DNA of 64,000 bases from Candidatus Spongiisociaceae bacterium (GCA_965262915.1 OZ253564.1:4768001-4832000); one strand, 5' to 3'. Counted from the stretch's first letter, positions 1 through 10,661 are shown. Numbers and translations are program-made. Notes: a model not told the origin generated them from the sequence alone.

Positions 1-574
1 AGCCGGTCGCGTCCCCGTGCCTTCCGTCGGCCAGGGGAGACACATCGTCGAGGAAGCGGCTGCACCAGGCCGCGACCTTGTCGCCCCTACGCTGATCGTA
101 CGGGCCCGATGGCGGCTGGTCACCGAGAGCGTCCGTGCCGTAGAGAGCGTCGTAGAGGGATCCCCAGCGGGCGTTGGCTGCGTTGATGGCGAACCGGGCG
201 TTCATCACCGGGACCACCAGCTGGGGGCCGGACACCGACGCGATCTCGATGTCGACATCGGCGGTGTCGATGCTGAACTCCTCCCCCTCCGGTTCGATGT
301 AACCGATCTCCTCGAGGAAGGCCCGGTAGGCGTTCTTGTCGAACCACTCCTCCCGATGCCGGAGGTGCCAGGCATCGATCTGCGCCTGGAGGTCGGCGCG
401 GCGCTCCAGAAGATCACGGTTGACCGGACCGCAATCGTGGATCAACGCAGCAAGTCCCTTCCAGAATTCCTCAGGATCGACACCGCTCCCGGGCAAGGCC
501 TCATCGGCGATGAAGCTGTACATCTCGGTGTCGATTGTCAGGCCTTCGACATCGAAGGCTCGGAGCACAACCAT
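1..574 (-). CDS. glcB: malate synthase G, N-terminal part (runs off window start; missing from ORF track)
   Basis: Manual translation from ATG at 574: MVVLRAFDVEGLTIDTEMYSFIADEALPGSGVDPEEFWKGL...GPQLVVPVMNARFAINAANARWGSLYDALYGTDA, the malate synthase G signature. Confidence 0.93.
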   Translation of the reverse strand, partial: MVVLRAFDVEGLTIDTEMYSFIADEALPGSGVDPEEFWKGLAALIHDCGPVNRDLLERRADLQAQIDAWHLRHREEWFDKNAYRAFLEEIGYIEPEGEEFSIDTADVDIEIASVSGPQLVVPVMNARFAINAANARWGSLYDALYGTDALGDQPPSGPYDQRRGDKVAAWCSRFLDDVSPLADGRHGDATG

Positions 575-592
575 ATTCGTCCTCGAGCGGGG

Positions 593-1813
593 CTACGGGC
601 GGCGGCGAACCAGATCCCTGGTGATCTCGGCGACTGATCGTACCCCCGTCAGAGCCATAGATCGGCGCATTCCGTCCTCGAAGAAGTCCAGCACCCACTC
701 GACACCCTTGCGGCCTCCCGCCCCCAACCCGTACAGGTAAGGCCGGCCGACCATCACAGAGCCGGCGCCCAGGGCTATCGCCTTGATGATGTCTGCCCCG
801 CGCCTCACCCCTCCGTCACAGATGATCTCGACCGAGTCCCCGACCGCTTGGCTGATCGGTTCGATCAACTCGATGGACGAAGGAGCGCTCTCGAGTTGGC
901 GTCCTCCGTGGTTGGACACGCATATGGCCGCGATGTCGTGCTCGACCGCACGGCGTGCATCCGCAACCGACTGGATGCCCTTGATGATGATGGGGCCATC
1001 CCAGAGGGACCGGAACCATTCCATGTCGTCCCACGACAGACTCGGGTCGAACTGGTCGTTCACCAGGCTCGACAACGCCACCGCGGTCGTACCGTCCTCG
1101 TCGTGGAGGCCGACCATGTTGGAGAAGGTGATCGGCTCGGCATTGAGGAACCGCCAGGTCCATCCGGGTTTGCGAACACTCTCGATCATCATGCCGAGGC
1201 CGAGCTTGGGGGGTAGCGTCATCCCGTTGCGGACATCCCGCTCCCGGCGGCCCGGCACCACCAGATCGACCGTGATGCACAGCGCCTCGTAGCCGGCGGC
1301 CTTGGCTCGCTCGATCATGTTGCGAACCAGACCACGATCCTTCCACACGTAGACCTGGAACCAGTTACGGCCTCCCGCCCCGGCTTCCGCCACCTCCTCG
1401 ATGGACCGGGTCCCGAGCGTCGACAGCGAGTACGGTATGTTCCTCTCCGCCGCGGTGCTGGCCACCGAGAGTTCTCCCGGCGGATCGACGATCCGGGTGA
1501 AGCCTGTCGGTGCCAGGATCAGCGGGAAGGGTGCTTTCCGCCCCAGAATCTCCGATGATGTGTCGATATTGCTCACATCGCGCATGACTGTGGGTACGAA
1601 CTCCCAGTTGTGGAAGTCCTGCTCGTTCCGGGCGTAGGTCACCTCGTCCTCGGCGCCCCCGTCGACATAGTCGAATACGCCTTGGGGCAGGCGCTTGTGA
1701 GCGATCGCACGCAGGTCCCCGATGTTTGCAGCCGTCTGCATACGGCGAAGGTCCGGATCCCGCTCGAACGAGCGGAACCGCACCACAGAGCGCATAGTTC
1801 TGATCATTCCCAT
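593..1813 (-). CDS. FMN-dependent alpha-hydroxy-acid oxidase/dehydrogenase (LldD/glycolate oxidase family)
   Basis: FDYVDGGAEDE, LAPTG, WFQVY, SNHGGRQLE, DGGVRRGADIIKAIALGA motifs; start placed at MGMIRT. Confidence 0.92.
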   Translation of the reverse strand: MGMIRTMRSVVRFRSFERDPDLRRMQTAANIGDLRAIAHKRLPQGVFDYVDGGAEDEVTYARNEQDFHNWEFVPTVMRDVSNIDTSSEILGRKAPFPLILAPTGFTRIVDPPGELSVASTAAERNIPYSLSTLGTRSIEEVAEAGAGGRNWFQVYVWKDRGLVRNMIERAKAAGYEALCITVDLVVPGRRERDVRNGMTLPPKLGLGMMIESVRKPGWTWRFLNAEPITFSNMVGLHDEDGTTAVALSSLVNDQFDPSLSWDDMEWFRSLWDGPIIIKGIQSVADARRAVEHDIAAICVSNHGGRQLESAPSSIELIEPISQAVGDSVEIICDGGVRRGADIIKAIALGAGSVMVGRPYLYGLGAGGRKGVEWVLDFFEDGMRRSMALTGVRSVAEITRDLVRRRP

Positions 1814-1938
1814 GGAACCAATGGTACCCGTTAACGCCCGACCGGTCCGGGAAGTCGACAAGGACCCGAGCGTCTCCGGTTCGGTGACCTGGTACCAAAA
1901 GTTGCAGGATTCGATGCCGGCATTCTGGGGAAAGCCGG

Positions 1939-2682
1939 TTAGCGATCCCGCCTCCGGAGTCTCCGGGATCCCCACACGTATCGGGGATGGGCACCGACGG
2001 GAGGCCAGTAGTTGTCCTTCCTGTATGCCCAGTATTCGAATGGATTGTCGTAGTAGGCGAAGGTCTCGATGACCGACCAGAGGTGCTTCCGGTCCCGCGC
2101 CAGCGACACGAACAGGCCTACCCCGCCCGCCGCCACCATCCAGGCGAGGTAGCCGAGCGTGTACAACGGACCCAGGAGCCGGTTCTGAAACAGGTGGGCG
2201 CTCTCATGGACGTCCACCAGTTTCCGCCGCCGGACCACCCGCTCCGAGTCCCCTCGCAGACCGACCGAGCCTCCTGCACCCGACACCACGTTGCCCAGCG
2301 CCAGGGCGAATCCGGGGCGGGCACTGTATCCGCCCTCGTAGACGTGCCGGTTGGCCCGGCGGCTCATACCAGCCACGTAGGACGGGTTCGGGTGCAACAC
2401 GTTGGCCGCGTGCAGGAGCACTCCCGCCGCCACTCCAGGCAAGGCCCAGGTCGAGTCCAGAACGAAACACAACCATCCCCGGGCCCGTCTCCATTCGTAG
2501 GCACCCGCTACGCCCGAGATCAGACCGTTGAGACCACCCACCACCGCTCCGGCCGCGACGAGACCGGGCGTCCACGTCCCGAAGGGCAACAGGACCGACC
2601 AGGCCAGGCCCGCTCCGAGCGCTGCGGCCACCAGGCCCTCGCCCGTCCGGGCCATGGTTGTCCGGCGGCCGGGCTGCTTCAC
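1939..2682 (-). CDS. hypothetical membrane protein with HExxH-like motif (VHESAH)
   Basis: 3' part of ORF 1939..3291; GTG at 2682 overlaps the upstream stop (GTGA); TM segments, DSTWAL and YYDNPFEYWAY. Confidence 0.7.
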   Translation of the reverse strand: MKQPGRRTTMARTGEGLVAAALGAGLAWSVLLPFGTWTPGLVAAGAVVGGLNGLISGVAGAYEWRRARGWLCFVLDSTWALPGVAAGVLLHAANVLHPNPSYVAGMSRRANRHVYEGGYSARPGFALALGNVVSGAGGSVGLRGDSERVVRRRKLVDVHESAHLFQNRLLGPLYTLGYLAWMVAAGGVGLFVSLARDRKHLWSVIETFAYYDNPFEYWAYRKDNYWPPVGAHPRYVWGSRRLRRRDR

Positions 2683-3521
2683 AGAAGGAACCCTTTGTGG
2701 ATGAGGGCGGCAACATCCATGGTGGCGGCGACAGCCATATGAACCGCCACCCCCCACCATATGGAACGGCTCCGCAAGGACAGGGAGCCGAGGACCGCGC
2801 CTCCTGCGATGGCGGCCAGGGCCTCGGCCATGGGCTTGCCGTAGTGCAGCATGTTGTAGGGAACGACCATGACGAACACCGCCATGTAGCCGAGCCGCCC
2901 GCTCAGCCCGTGGATCATGAAGCCCCGGAAGAAGAACTCCAACGCCGCGAACTGGAGCCCGTATACCACCCACCACAGAGCCATGTTGGGCCACAGCCCC
3001 TCCCCTTCCGCCAGGTCGTAGAACGGGTACTTGGCCTGGAACGCGGCTGTGTAGGAGGCCGCCACCACGAAAGGAACCGAGATCGCCAGCAGCGCCGCGT
3101 AGGCCGGGGCGTGCCTTCCGATACCCCTGACCCGCACCCCGTAGGCGGCCACCCGCTCCCGCAGCACCAGCTTGATGGCCAGGAGCGGCGGCACCGTGTA
3201 GGCGAAGACCTGCCCGATTCCCCAGAACACCAGACCGTTCCGCTGCGAGAACTCCGATAGCAGGAACGCCCCCCGCGCCCGGTCGGCCCATCCACTCAAG
3301 CCGAGCCCATCGAGCAAGGTGATGAACCAGAAGGGCTGTGACGTGGCGCCGAAGTTCAGGATCGTGAGGCTGAGGGCCGACGTGACGAGGACCACCACCG
3401 CCTTGCGGTTGGCCTCGGCCCGCGGCGTGGCGGCCTGGTAGGAGGCGGACTCACGATCTCCGTAGTCCTGGATGGCGGTCACGTAGCGCCGCCAGAACCG
3501 GCTGCCGGTTACCGAACGCAT
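2679..3521 (-). CDS. CPBP family intramembrane glutamic endopeptidase (CAAX/Abi)
   Basis: LEFFFRGF, HYGKP, final H in VAVH; multiple TM helices. Confidence 0.88.
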   Translation of the reverse strand: MRSVTGSRFWRRYVTAIQDYGDRESASYQAATPRAEANRKAVVVLVTSALSLTILNFGATSQPFWFITLLDGLGLSGWADRARGAFLLSEFSQRNGLVFWGIGQVFAYTVPPLLAIKLVLRERVAAYGVRVRGIGRHAPAYAALLAISVPFVVAASYTAAFQAKYPFYDLAEGEGLWPNMALWWVVYGLQFAALEFFFRGFMIHGLSGRLGYMAVFVMVVPYNMLHYGKPMAEALAAIAGGAVLGSLSLRSRSIWWGVAVHMAVAATMDVAALIHKGFLL

Positions 3522-3535
3522 CCCGAACAGGTTAA

Positions 3536-3681
3536 GAGGGTGTGCGGATAGGCGGAGATTGATCGCCCGTGTCGTCTGGCCCTGCCCGGCCGCAGGTCAG
3601 GGAACCACCTGTCATCGCCGTCTCCTCGTGAACTGTCCCAAGCTGTGTCTCCCCCAGGTGAGCACCTATCCGCACACCCTC
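3536..3681. mobile_element. MITE, subfamily A (146 bp, 17-bp TIRs)
   Basis: GAGGGTGTGCGGATAGG ... CCTATCCGCACACCCTC; related copy at 62224-62367. Confidence 0.8.
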
Positions 3682-3993
3682 TGAGCGAGCCGGTGGCCTC
3701 ATCGGGTAGGCGGCGCGAACGTCGGCATCGGACGATGCGGAGGCACGGGTATCGAGATCCCCGGCCCGCTCATCGCTGACCGCACCTCGTCCGGATGATC
3801 CCGGATCGTCGCCACGAACTCATCGACCGCCACGGGAACCTCCTGCACCGACCGCCGCCCATCGCGCCTCGTCCCCGGTGCCGACCACCCTGCACCGACC
3901 GCGCTAACGTGGTATGCGGCTGCGGTAGCAGGCCTACGGCCGGGCTACGTCGATATACCAGCTATATTTGCGCGTGTTTTGGAGGTGTTGAAT

Positions 3994-4668
3994 ATGATGT
4001 CGTCCACCTATGCCGGATTCATCGATGCCGGGTTCCTGAGAGCGGAAGGAGCCCGGGCTCTCGGCGAGAGCCCCCGTAACGTCCGTCTGGACGCCGAGGC
4101 GATCGTGACATGGTTCAGAGGACTCGCCTTCGATCGCCCGGGACGGTTCCTGCGGGCCTACTGGTACGACGCCCGGTTCGAGCAGGGTCACGATCACGCC
4201 GAGGGGCAAGGGAGGTTCTTCGCCGCGCTGGGCCAGACCCCGGGTATCCAGTTGCGCCTGGGACATATCGTCGAACACAGACCGTGGTTCGAGCCGGGCA
4301 TCCGGGATGCCATCAGGCGTACGGCGGTCGGGCTGGGTCTGGATCCCACCAAGTTGATGAACGAGTTCGACCGGAACTGGACCTTCCGACCGGAGCGCAA
4401 ACAGAAGGGTGTCGACACCCTCGTCACGCTGGACCTGGTCCGGTTGGCCGGCCGCCGGGCGTTCGACACCGCCGTGCTGATCTCGGGAGACCGCGACCTC
4501 GCCGAGGCGGTGCGGACGGTCCAGGATCTCGGCGGCCAAGTGGCCATCGCTACCCCGGACCGGTACTGCGTTGCCCGGGAGATGGTGAATCTGGCCGACC
4601 ACATCATCGAGATCGACGAAGAAGATCTCCATCGGATACTTCCCCGGCGGGTCCCCTCGTTCTCCTGA
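3994..4668 (+). CDS. NYN domain (PIN-like) ribonuclease
   Basis: FIDAGFL, RAYWYDA, QKGVDTLVTLDL, LISGDRDL; GGAGG RBS upstream. Confidence 0.9.
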   Translation: MMSSTYAGFIDAGFLRAEGARALGESPRNVRLDAEAIVTWFRGLAFDRPGRFLRAYWYDARFEQGHDHAEGQGRFFAALGQTPGIQLRLGHIVEHRPWFEPGIRDAIRRTAVGLGLDPTKLMNEFDRNWTFRPERKQKGVDTLVTLDLVRLAGRRAFDTAVLISGDRDLAEAVRTVQDLGGQVAIATPDRYCVAREMVNLADHIIEIDEEDLHRILPRRVPSFS

Positions 4669-4716
4669 ACCCGGGCGCGGGTAGGTCTCCCCTCCGGTCG
4701 GGTGGGAGAGAGCCGG

Positions 4717-6987
4717 ATGTCGGGAACCGACTTCGGTAGCCTCGTCCGGCGGTGGGAACGCGGTGCCTCGTCCGGCGGGGAGTTGGTCCACACCAGGGTG
4801 CTTACGGCCCGGGAGGCCCGGTTCGAGGACGTCGATCCCCCCCTGAGCGGGCGGCTGACCGAGCAGCTGGCGGCCAGTGGTGTCACCCGGCTGTACGCGC
4901 ACCAGGCCAGGGCGATCCGCAGGATCCGGGAGGGAACCCATGTGGTCCTGGTCTCGGGTACGGCCTCCGGGAAGACCCTCTGCTACCAGATCCCGATAGC
5001 CGAGCGCATCCTCGAGGACCCCACCCGCACCGCCCTACTGGTGTTCCCCACCAAGGCTCTTGCCCAGGACCAGCTCGGCTCGCTTCGCCGGCTGGATATA
5101 CCGGGGTTGACGGCATCCACCTACGACGGAGACCTGCCGACCCACCGCCGGCGGCGGGTGCGGAACACGGCCAACGTGATCCTCACCAACCCCGACATGC
5201 TCCACTACGGGATCCTTCCCCATCACGGGTTGTGGAACTCGTTCCTGTCCCGCCTCAGCTACGTCGTGGTCGACGAGATGCACTACCTGCGCGGCATGTT
5301 CGGGAGCCACACCGCCCACATACTCCGGCGGCTGCGCCGCCTCGCCGCCCACCACGGCGCCCTCCCCACCTTCGTGCTCACGTCGGCCACGATCGGCAAC
5401 CCCACCGAACTGGCGTCGCGGCTCACCGGCCTGGGAGTGGCACTGGTGGAGGGAGACGACTCCCCGACCGGCGAGCGGGTCGTGGCGTTGTGGAACCCAC
5501 CGCTCGAAGACCCCGAATCGGGCAGTCGCCGGTCGGCGATGTACGAGACTTGCGATCTCTACATCGACTTGGTGCGGCGCGGAACCCGCACCATCGTCTT
5601 CGGGCGGAGCCGCAAGATAGCCGAACTGATCCATATCGAGTCGGCGCGCCGCCTCGGTGAGCTGGCCGACCGGATCTCCCCCTACCGGGCCGGATACACG
5701 GCGGACGACCGGCGCAAGATCGAGAGGCGCCTGTTCTCGGGCGAGCTCCTGGGGATCACCGCTACCAACGCTCTCGAGTTGGGAATCGATGTCGGCGGGC
5801 TCGACGCCGCCCTCCTGTGCACGTTCCCCGGGACCGTCTCGTCCTACCGCCAGCAGTCCGGTCGGGCCGGACGGTCCAGGGAGATGTCGCTCGTGGTCCT
5901 CGTCGCCGGTGCGGACGCCCTCGACCAGTACTTCATGTACCACCCGGACCAGCTCTTCAGCCGGCCCCCGGAAGCGGCCGTGATCAACCCCGACAACCCC
6001 AAGGTGCTCGACAGCCACGTCTCCTGCGCCGCTCACGAACTGCCTCTGACGATCACCGATCGCCGGTACTTCGGGGAGGAGTTGGAGGAGTCGGCCCGGC
6101 GGCTGGCGGCCGACGGAAGCCTCCGGCATGCTGGAGGGCGCCTCCACTGGACCGGGCGACGGTCACCGGCGCACGGAACCAGTCTCAGGTCCTCGGACCG
6201 CCGCACCTTCTCGATCTACGACGTGGACACGCACAAGCGGGTCGGTGAGGTCGACTGGGAGCGGGCCTTCTCGGACGCCCACGAAGGCGCCGTGTACCTT
6301 CACCAGGGCAGGACCTATCTGATCGAACGTCTCGATCTGGTACAGCGCGAGATCCTGATCCGGGCTTCGCGGGTGGCCTACTTCACCGAGCCCTACATCG
6401 AGAAGGATCTCAGCATCATCGAGGTGGAACGGAAAGGGCATCTGGGCACGATGGGCCATCACCTGGGCCGCGTGCGGGTGGCGTCCCATGTGGTGGGGTT
6501 CCGCCGGAGGTATCAGAGAGGGGGCGGGAGTCGCAAGATCAACCGACTCCACCTTCCTCCGCTGGAGATCGAGACCCAGGCATTCTGGTTCACGGTGCCA
6601 AGCCGGTTGCTCGAGCGAGCGGGCCTCGACAAGCGAACCGCACCGGGATCCCTCCACGCCGCGGAGCACACCCTCATCTCCATGATGCCGCTGTTCGCCA
6701 TCTGCGACCGCTCCGACATCGGGGGCCTGTCCACCTCTTACCACCTCGATACGGGAGGGGCGGCCATCTTCGTCCATGACGGTTACCACGGCGGAGCGGG
6801 GATCGCACCCGTCGCCTACGAAGCCGGGGAAGACTTGGTGCCGGCCACCCTGGAAACCTTGCGCAGGTGTCCCTGCTCCGCCGGATGCCCGTCCTGCGTG
6901 CAGTCGCCCAAATGCGGCAATTTCAACGAGCCGCTGTCCAAAGACGGAGCCATCCAACTTCTCGCGGCATCGCTGGAAAGAGGCTAG
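4717..6987 (+). CDS. DEAD/DEAH-box helicase with C-terminal DUF1998 Zn domain (SftH/MrfA/Hrq1-like)
   Basis: GTASGKT, PTKALAQDQ, DEMH, SAT, QQSGRAGR, CPCSAGCPSC..SPKC. Confidence 0.93.
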   Translation: MSGTDFGSLVRRWERGASSGGELVHTRVLTAREARFEDVDPPLSGRLTEQLAASGVTRLYAHQARAIRRIREGTHVVLVSGTASGKTLCYQIPIAERILEDPTRTALLVFPTKALAQDQLGSLRRLDIPGLTASTYDGDLPTHRRRRVRNTANVILTNPDMLHYGILPHHGLWNSFLSRLSYVVVDEMHYLRGMFGSHTAHILRRLRRLAAHHGALPTFVLTSATIGNPTELASRLTGLGVALVEGDDSPTGERVVALWNPPLEDPESGSRRSAMYETCDLYIDLVRRGTRTIVFGRSRKIAELIHIESARRLGELADRISPYRAGYTADDRRKIERRLFSGELLGITATNALELGIDVGGLDAALLCTFPGTVSSYRQQSGRAGRSREMSLVVLVAGADALDQYFMYHPDQLFSRPPEAAVINPDNPKVLDSHVSCAAHELPLTITDRRYFGEELEESARRLAADGSLRHAGGRLHWTGRRSPAHGTSLRSSDRRTFSIYDVDTHKRVGEVDWERAFSDAHEGAVYLHQGRTYLIERLDLVQREILIRASRVAYFTEPYIEKDLSIIEVERKGHLGTMGHHLGRVRVASHVVGFRRRYQRGGGSRKINRLHLPPLEIETQAFWFTVPSRLLERAGLDKRTAPGSLHAAEHTLISMMPLFAICDRSDIGGLSTSYHLDTGGAAIFVHDGYHGGAGIAPVAYEAGEDLVPATLETLRRCPCSAGCPSCVQSPKCGNFNEPLSKDGAIQLLAASLERG

Positions 6988-7280
6988 AGACCGGAAGTCT
7001 TGATCATCAAGATGCGGCCTATCGCTCGGAAGTACAGCAGACGCACGCCATCCGATGTGTTACTCGAATAGTTTCGAGAATCTGTCCAGGCTCGAATGGC
7101 GACAAGACCCATAGCCATGACGCGTACTGGGCATCAGTAATAGGTCTTACTATCGAAACTATGCGGAACAACTCTCCTGATCAGGGCATGCCACCGTTCG
7201 CGTGTCCTGCCATTGAGGCGTCTCGATCGGGAAGAGTTAGCGTTGTGCCGTCGCTGCCCTGATTGTGGAGTTCGATACAT

Positions 7281-8276
7281 ATGAGAAATAGAGTGCACGA
7301 ACACCAGGTCGGAGGTCACGACCATCACGGACAGTCCCACGACTACACAGATGCCAACCGGCGCAGCCTCGCTATAGCTCTGGCCCTGATCGGGGGGTTC
7401 ATGGTTGCCGAAGTGATCGGCGGAGTTCTGTCCGGAAGCCTCGCCCTGCTGTCGGATGCAGGGCACATGATCACCGACGCGGCAGCGATCACGCTGGCCT
7501 TGGTCGCTCAGCGGATGGCACAGCGGGACGCCTCGGCTGAGCGCACCTTCGGTTATCTCCGAGCGGAGGTCCTGGCAGCGATGTTGAACGCCCTGAGCCT
7601 ATGGCTTATCGCCGGCTGGGTGTTCTTCGAGGCGTATCACCGCTTCCGGGACGTGCCGGAGGTGGAAGGCGGCCTACTGCTGGTCATCGGGCTTCTCGGC
7701 CTTCTGGTGAACGTCGCCGCTGCCTGGGTGCTCCATCGGTCGGCTGAGCACAGCATGAACGTCGAAGGCGCTTTTCGCCACGTGATGGCGGACCTGATGG
7801 GGTCCGCCGGCGTGGTCATCTCCGGGATCGTCATATTGACCCTGGGATGGACGATCGTCGATCCCATTTTGAGCGTGTTGATCGGGCTTCTGATCCTGGG
7901 CAGTGCCTGGCGGCTCACTGTCAAGGCGTTCCATGTGCTGATGGAGGCCGTCCCGGACAACATAGATGTGTACGCCCTTTGTCATGAACTGGAGGAACAA
8001 CACGGTGTCACCCTGGTCCACGACGTTCACGTGTGGACTATCTCATCGGGTCATGAATCGTTTACCGCTCACGTCCTGGTCGATCCCGCCTATCGAGGAG
8101 ACATGGACGAACTTATCCACCGGATGCAGGAAATCGCCCGCCACGACTTCGGCATCGGCCACATCACCATACAGGCGGAGAAGTCCCTAGCAGGCTGTAC
8201 CGAGAATCACCATGTGGGCCACCTGATGGCGCGGGCACGGACCAAGAAGAAGAAAAAGAGGTTCGCCCTTGCTTGA
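7281..8276 (+). CDS. cation diffusion facilitator (CzcD/ZitB-like Zn/Co/Cd exporter)
   Basis: His-rich N-terminus, SLALLSDAGHMITD, TFGYLRAE, HVMAD, HDVHVW. Confidence 0.93.
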   Translation: MRNRVHEHQVGGHDHHGQSHDYTDANRRSLAIALALIGGFMVAEVIGGVLSGSLALLSDAGHMITDAAAITLALVAQRMAQRDASAERTFGYLRAEVLAAMLNALSLWLIAGWVFFEAYHRFRDVPEVEGGLLLVIGLLGLLVNVAAAWVLHRSAEHSMNVEGAFRHVMADLMGSAGVVISGIVILTLGWTIVDPILSVLIGLLILGSAWRLTVKAFHVLMEAVPDNIDVYALCHELEEQHGVTLVHDVHVWTISSGHESFTAHVLVDPAYRGDMDELIHRMQEIARHDFGIGHITIQAEKSLAGCTENHHVGHLMARARTKKKKKRFALA

Positions 8277-8312
8277 CGAGCCTCCAGCAACCAACCATGC
8301 AGGGAGCAATAC

Positions 8313-8366
8313 ATGGGCACACATGATCAGCACGAGTGCGACACCCACGAGCACCACGGACACTGA
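8313..8366 (+). CDS. 17-aa His-rich peptide or stub of a second CDF gene
   Basis: GGGAG RBS then MGTHDQHECDTHEHHGH-stop. Confidence 0.35.
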   Translation: MGTHDQHECDTHEHHGH

Positions 8367-8600
8367 ACACGACTGGATCATGACCAATCACCGGACCCTG
8401 CTGTACCCTCCCTGGGTGCAGCAGGTCGGTCGGTGGGCCTCCATGAGGTACGCGGGTTACCCGGGAGAACCCAGCCGGGTCACGCTCATCTCTTGATCGG
8501 TTCTCGCCTCCCGCCGGACGGGAAAGGGCGATGCCGACCTCCAACCAATCCAGCTTCGGTACCGGAGTTCGGTGGTGACCGGGCGCTCCGGCTCGGGGTT

Positions 8601-9425
8601 CTACTTCGCGAGGCTCGCGCGAAGGCTCGATCCACCCAGCGCGATAAAGAAGAGCACCACGGGGAACACCGCCATGGTTGCCGAGCCCGAGGTGTTGGCA
8701 TGGAAGCTGATGACCAACCCGGCGGCCACACTCAACACGCCGATGGCGGCGCTGGTGACCATCATGGCCGGCACCCTCCGCACCAGCAGAGCGGCAGTGG
8801 CGGGAGGCCCTACCAGCAACCCCAACGCCAGCAGCGTACCGACCGTACGGAACGAACCGACGATCGCCATGGTGATCAGCGCCAGCAGGGCGGCGTTGGT
8901 GAACCCCGGGTGCAACCCGAGTAGCTGGGCCTTCTGCTCGTTGAACGACAGGGTCAGGAAGCCCCGGTAGAGGACGACCGACGCGAGCGTCACCACCACG
9001 GTGACGATGGCGAGCACCACAATGTCCGAGGTGGTCACCCCGAGTGTGTCCCCGAACAGGATGGCGGCCAGGCTGCCGCCGTACGACGGAGTCCGGGACA
9101 TGAAGATGACACCGAGTCCCAGCATCCCCACGAACAGCAGACCGATACCCGTGTCCTCCGAGAACACCGTTTGGCGGTGAACCAGGTTTATGCCGCCGAT
9201 CATCACCACAGCTGCGAGGGCGGCGCCGATGAACACATTGAAGTCGAGGAGGATGGCGAGAGCAATACCGGGTATCACCCCGTGGATCAACGCGTCGCCC
9301 AGGAAGCTCATACCTCTGATCACCACCCAGGTACCCACCACCGAACCGGAAATCGCAGCAAGCGCCCCACCGATCATGGCCCGCTGCTGAAAGGCGAGTT
9401 CGAAAGGCTCGGTCAACCACTCCAT
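8601..9425 (-). CDS. aztB: zinc ABC transporter permease (AztB-like)
   Basis: GTWVVIRGMSFLGDALIHGVIPG, SEDTGIGLLFVGML, VGTLL..LLVGPPATA. Confidence 0.88.
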   Translation of the reverse strand: MEWLTEPFELAFQQRAMIGGALAAISGSVVGTWVVIRGMSFLGDALIHGVIPGIALAILLDFNVFIGAALAAVVMIGGINLVHRQTVFSEDTGIGLLFVGMLGLGVIFMSRTPSYGGSLAAILFGDTLGVTTSDIVVLAIVTVVVTLASVVLYRGFLTLSFNEQKAQLLGLHPGFTNAALLALITMAIVGSFRTVGTLLALGLLVGPPATAALLVRRVPAMMVTSAAIGVLSVAAGLVISFHANTSGSATMAVFPVVLFFIALGGSSLRASLAK

Positions 9426-9429
9426 AGGC

Positions 9430-9444
9430 TGATAACAATAGTCA
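9430..9444. promoter_or_regulatory. putative Zur box
   Basis: TGATAACAATAGTCA (AT-rich TGA-N9-TCA) a few bp upstream of the permease start. Confidence 0.6.
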
Positions 9445-9638
9445 TCACCAGAGCACGGCTCCGCGTTTCGTTTTGTTAGCAGAGCCGATGCCCGCGCTTT
9501 CGACCGAACCTGTAGCCCAGCTCATCGGTGATCGCACCCCGGAGTCGGGGGTCACGAACGTACCGGCCCGTCCCGGAAGCGGACACGGTCAGCGGTTCTC
9601 GTACACACTCCTGCCCGCCGCCCGGTCCGCGGCGCCGG

Positions 9639-10661
9639 TCACTGACCGCCGGCAAGCGCGTCGGCGATACGTCGGGCGTCCTCGCGTAGCATCCCGATCA
9701 GCGTATCGGCGCCCGATCCCGGCTCACCCAGGGACCCGGTGTAGAGCTCTACGACTTCGATGCCCGAGCCCGCCTCGGCGGCCAGCGCTTCGGCCAGTAC
9801 GGTCGGTTCGATGGTCTCGGCGAAGAGCGCCGGCGTACCCGTCTCGCGGATCCTGTCCACGAGGGCAGCCAGTTCGGCAGAGCTCGGTTCGGCCAGCGTC
9901 GCGCCTCCCGGGATCACGGTATCGATGATCTCGAAGCCGTAGCGGTCAGCGAAATAGCCCAACGCATCGTGGTTGGTGATCAGCGCGCGGTCTTCGTTCG
10001 GGATGGGCGTGAGGATGGCTTGGATCTCCTCGTGGAGTTCCTCGATCGCTGATGCGTACGAATCGGCACGGGCCATCCAATCGATCGAGCCCTCGAGCGA
10101 CGCCAGCGCCTGTGCGATCAGGCGAGCAGCCTCAGCCACCCGTAAGGGGTCCATCCAGAAGTGAGGGTCCGCGCCGCTATGAGCATGGTCCTCATCCTCG
10201 TCACCGTCACCGTCACCGTCTTCGTCGTGACCCCCGAACGGCAAGGGGTCGAGCAGGTCCCCCACCTCGAGCAGGTTGATACCGTCTGCTTCGGCGGCCT
10301 CCAACACATCGAGGATCCCCTTCTCGAGCCCAAGCCCGTTGGCCACCACCAGATCGGCATCGTGGAGAAGAGCCACCTGGGCAGCGGATGCCCGGTAGTC
10401 GTGCGGATCGGTGCCGACCGGAATCAGTACCGCCAAGTCGGCATCAGCACCCACGACATTCGCCACCAGATCACCCAGGATCGTGGTGGTTGCGGCCACC
10501 AGCAGACGCTCGGACTGCGGCGCCGACTCGACTACCCCTGCCGAATCGGTGCCCGGAGGCGCGGTCGTCCCCGAGGATATGCCATCGCCCGAACCGCACG
10601 ATCCGAGCAACAACAAGAACGCAAACGTCCAACACGGGACTCGATTTCGACGAGCGGCCAC
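9639..10661 (-). CDS. aztC: zinc ABC transporter substrate-binding lipoprotein (AztC/ZnuA-like)
   Basis: Lipobox LGSC, DPHDY, VANGLGLE, His/Asp-rich loop, DPHFWMDP, TNHDALGYFA. Confidence 0.9.
   Translation of the reverse strand: MAARRNRVPCWTFAFLLLLGSCGSGDGISSGTTAPPGTDSAGVVESAPQSERLLVAATTTILGDLVANVVGADADLAVLIPVGTDPHDYRASAAQVALLHDADLVVANGLGLEKGILDVLEAAEADGINLLEVGDLLDPLPFGGHDEDGDGDGDEDEDHAHSGADPHFWMDPLRVAEAARLIAQALASLEGSIDWMARADSYASAIEELHEEIQAILTPIPNEDRALITNHDALGYFADRYGFEIIDTVIPGGATLAEPSSAELAALVDRIRETGTPALFAETIEPTVLAEALAAEAGSGIEVVELYTGSLGEPGSGADTLIGMLREDARRIADALAGGQ

Noticed and set aside
6998-7080. Palindromes TCTTGATCATCAAGA and CTCGAA-N4-TTCGAG as metal-regulator operators
   Set aside because: They are 200-280 bp from the CDF start, with no regulator gene to tie them to.
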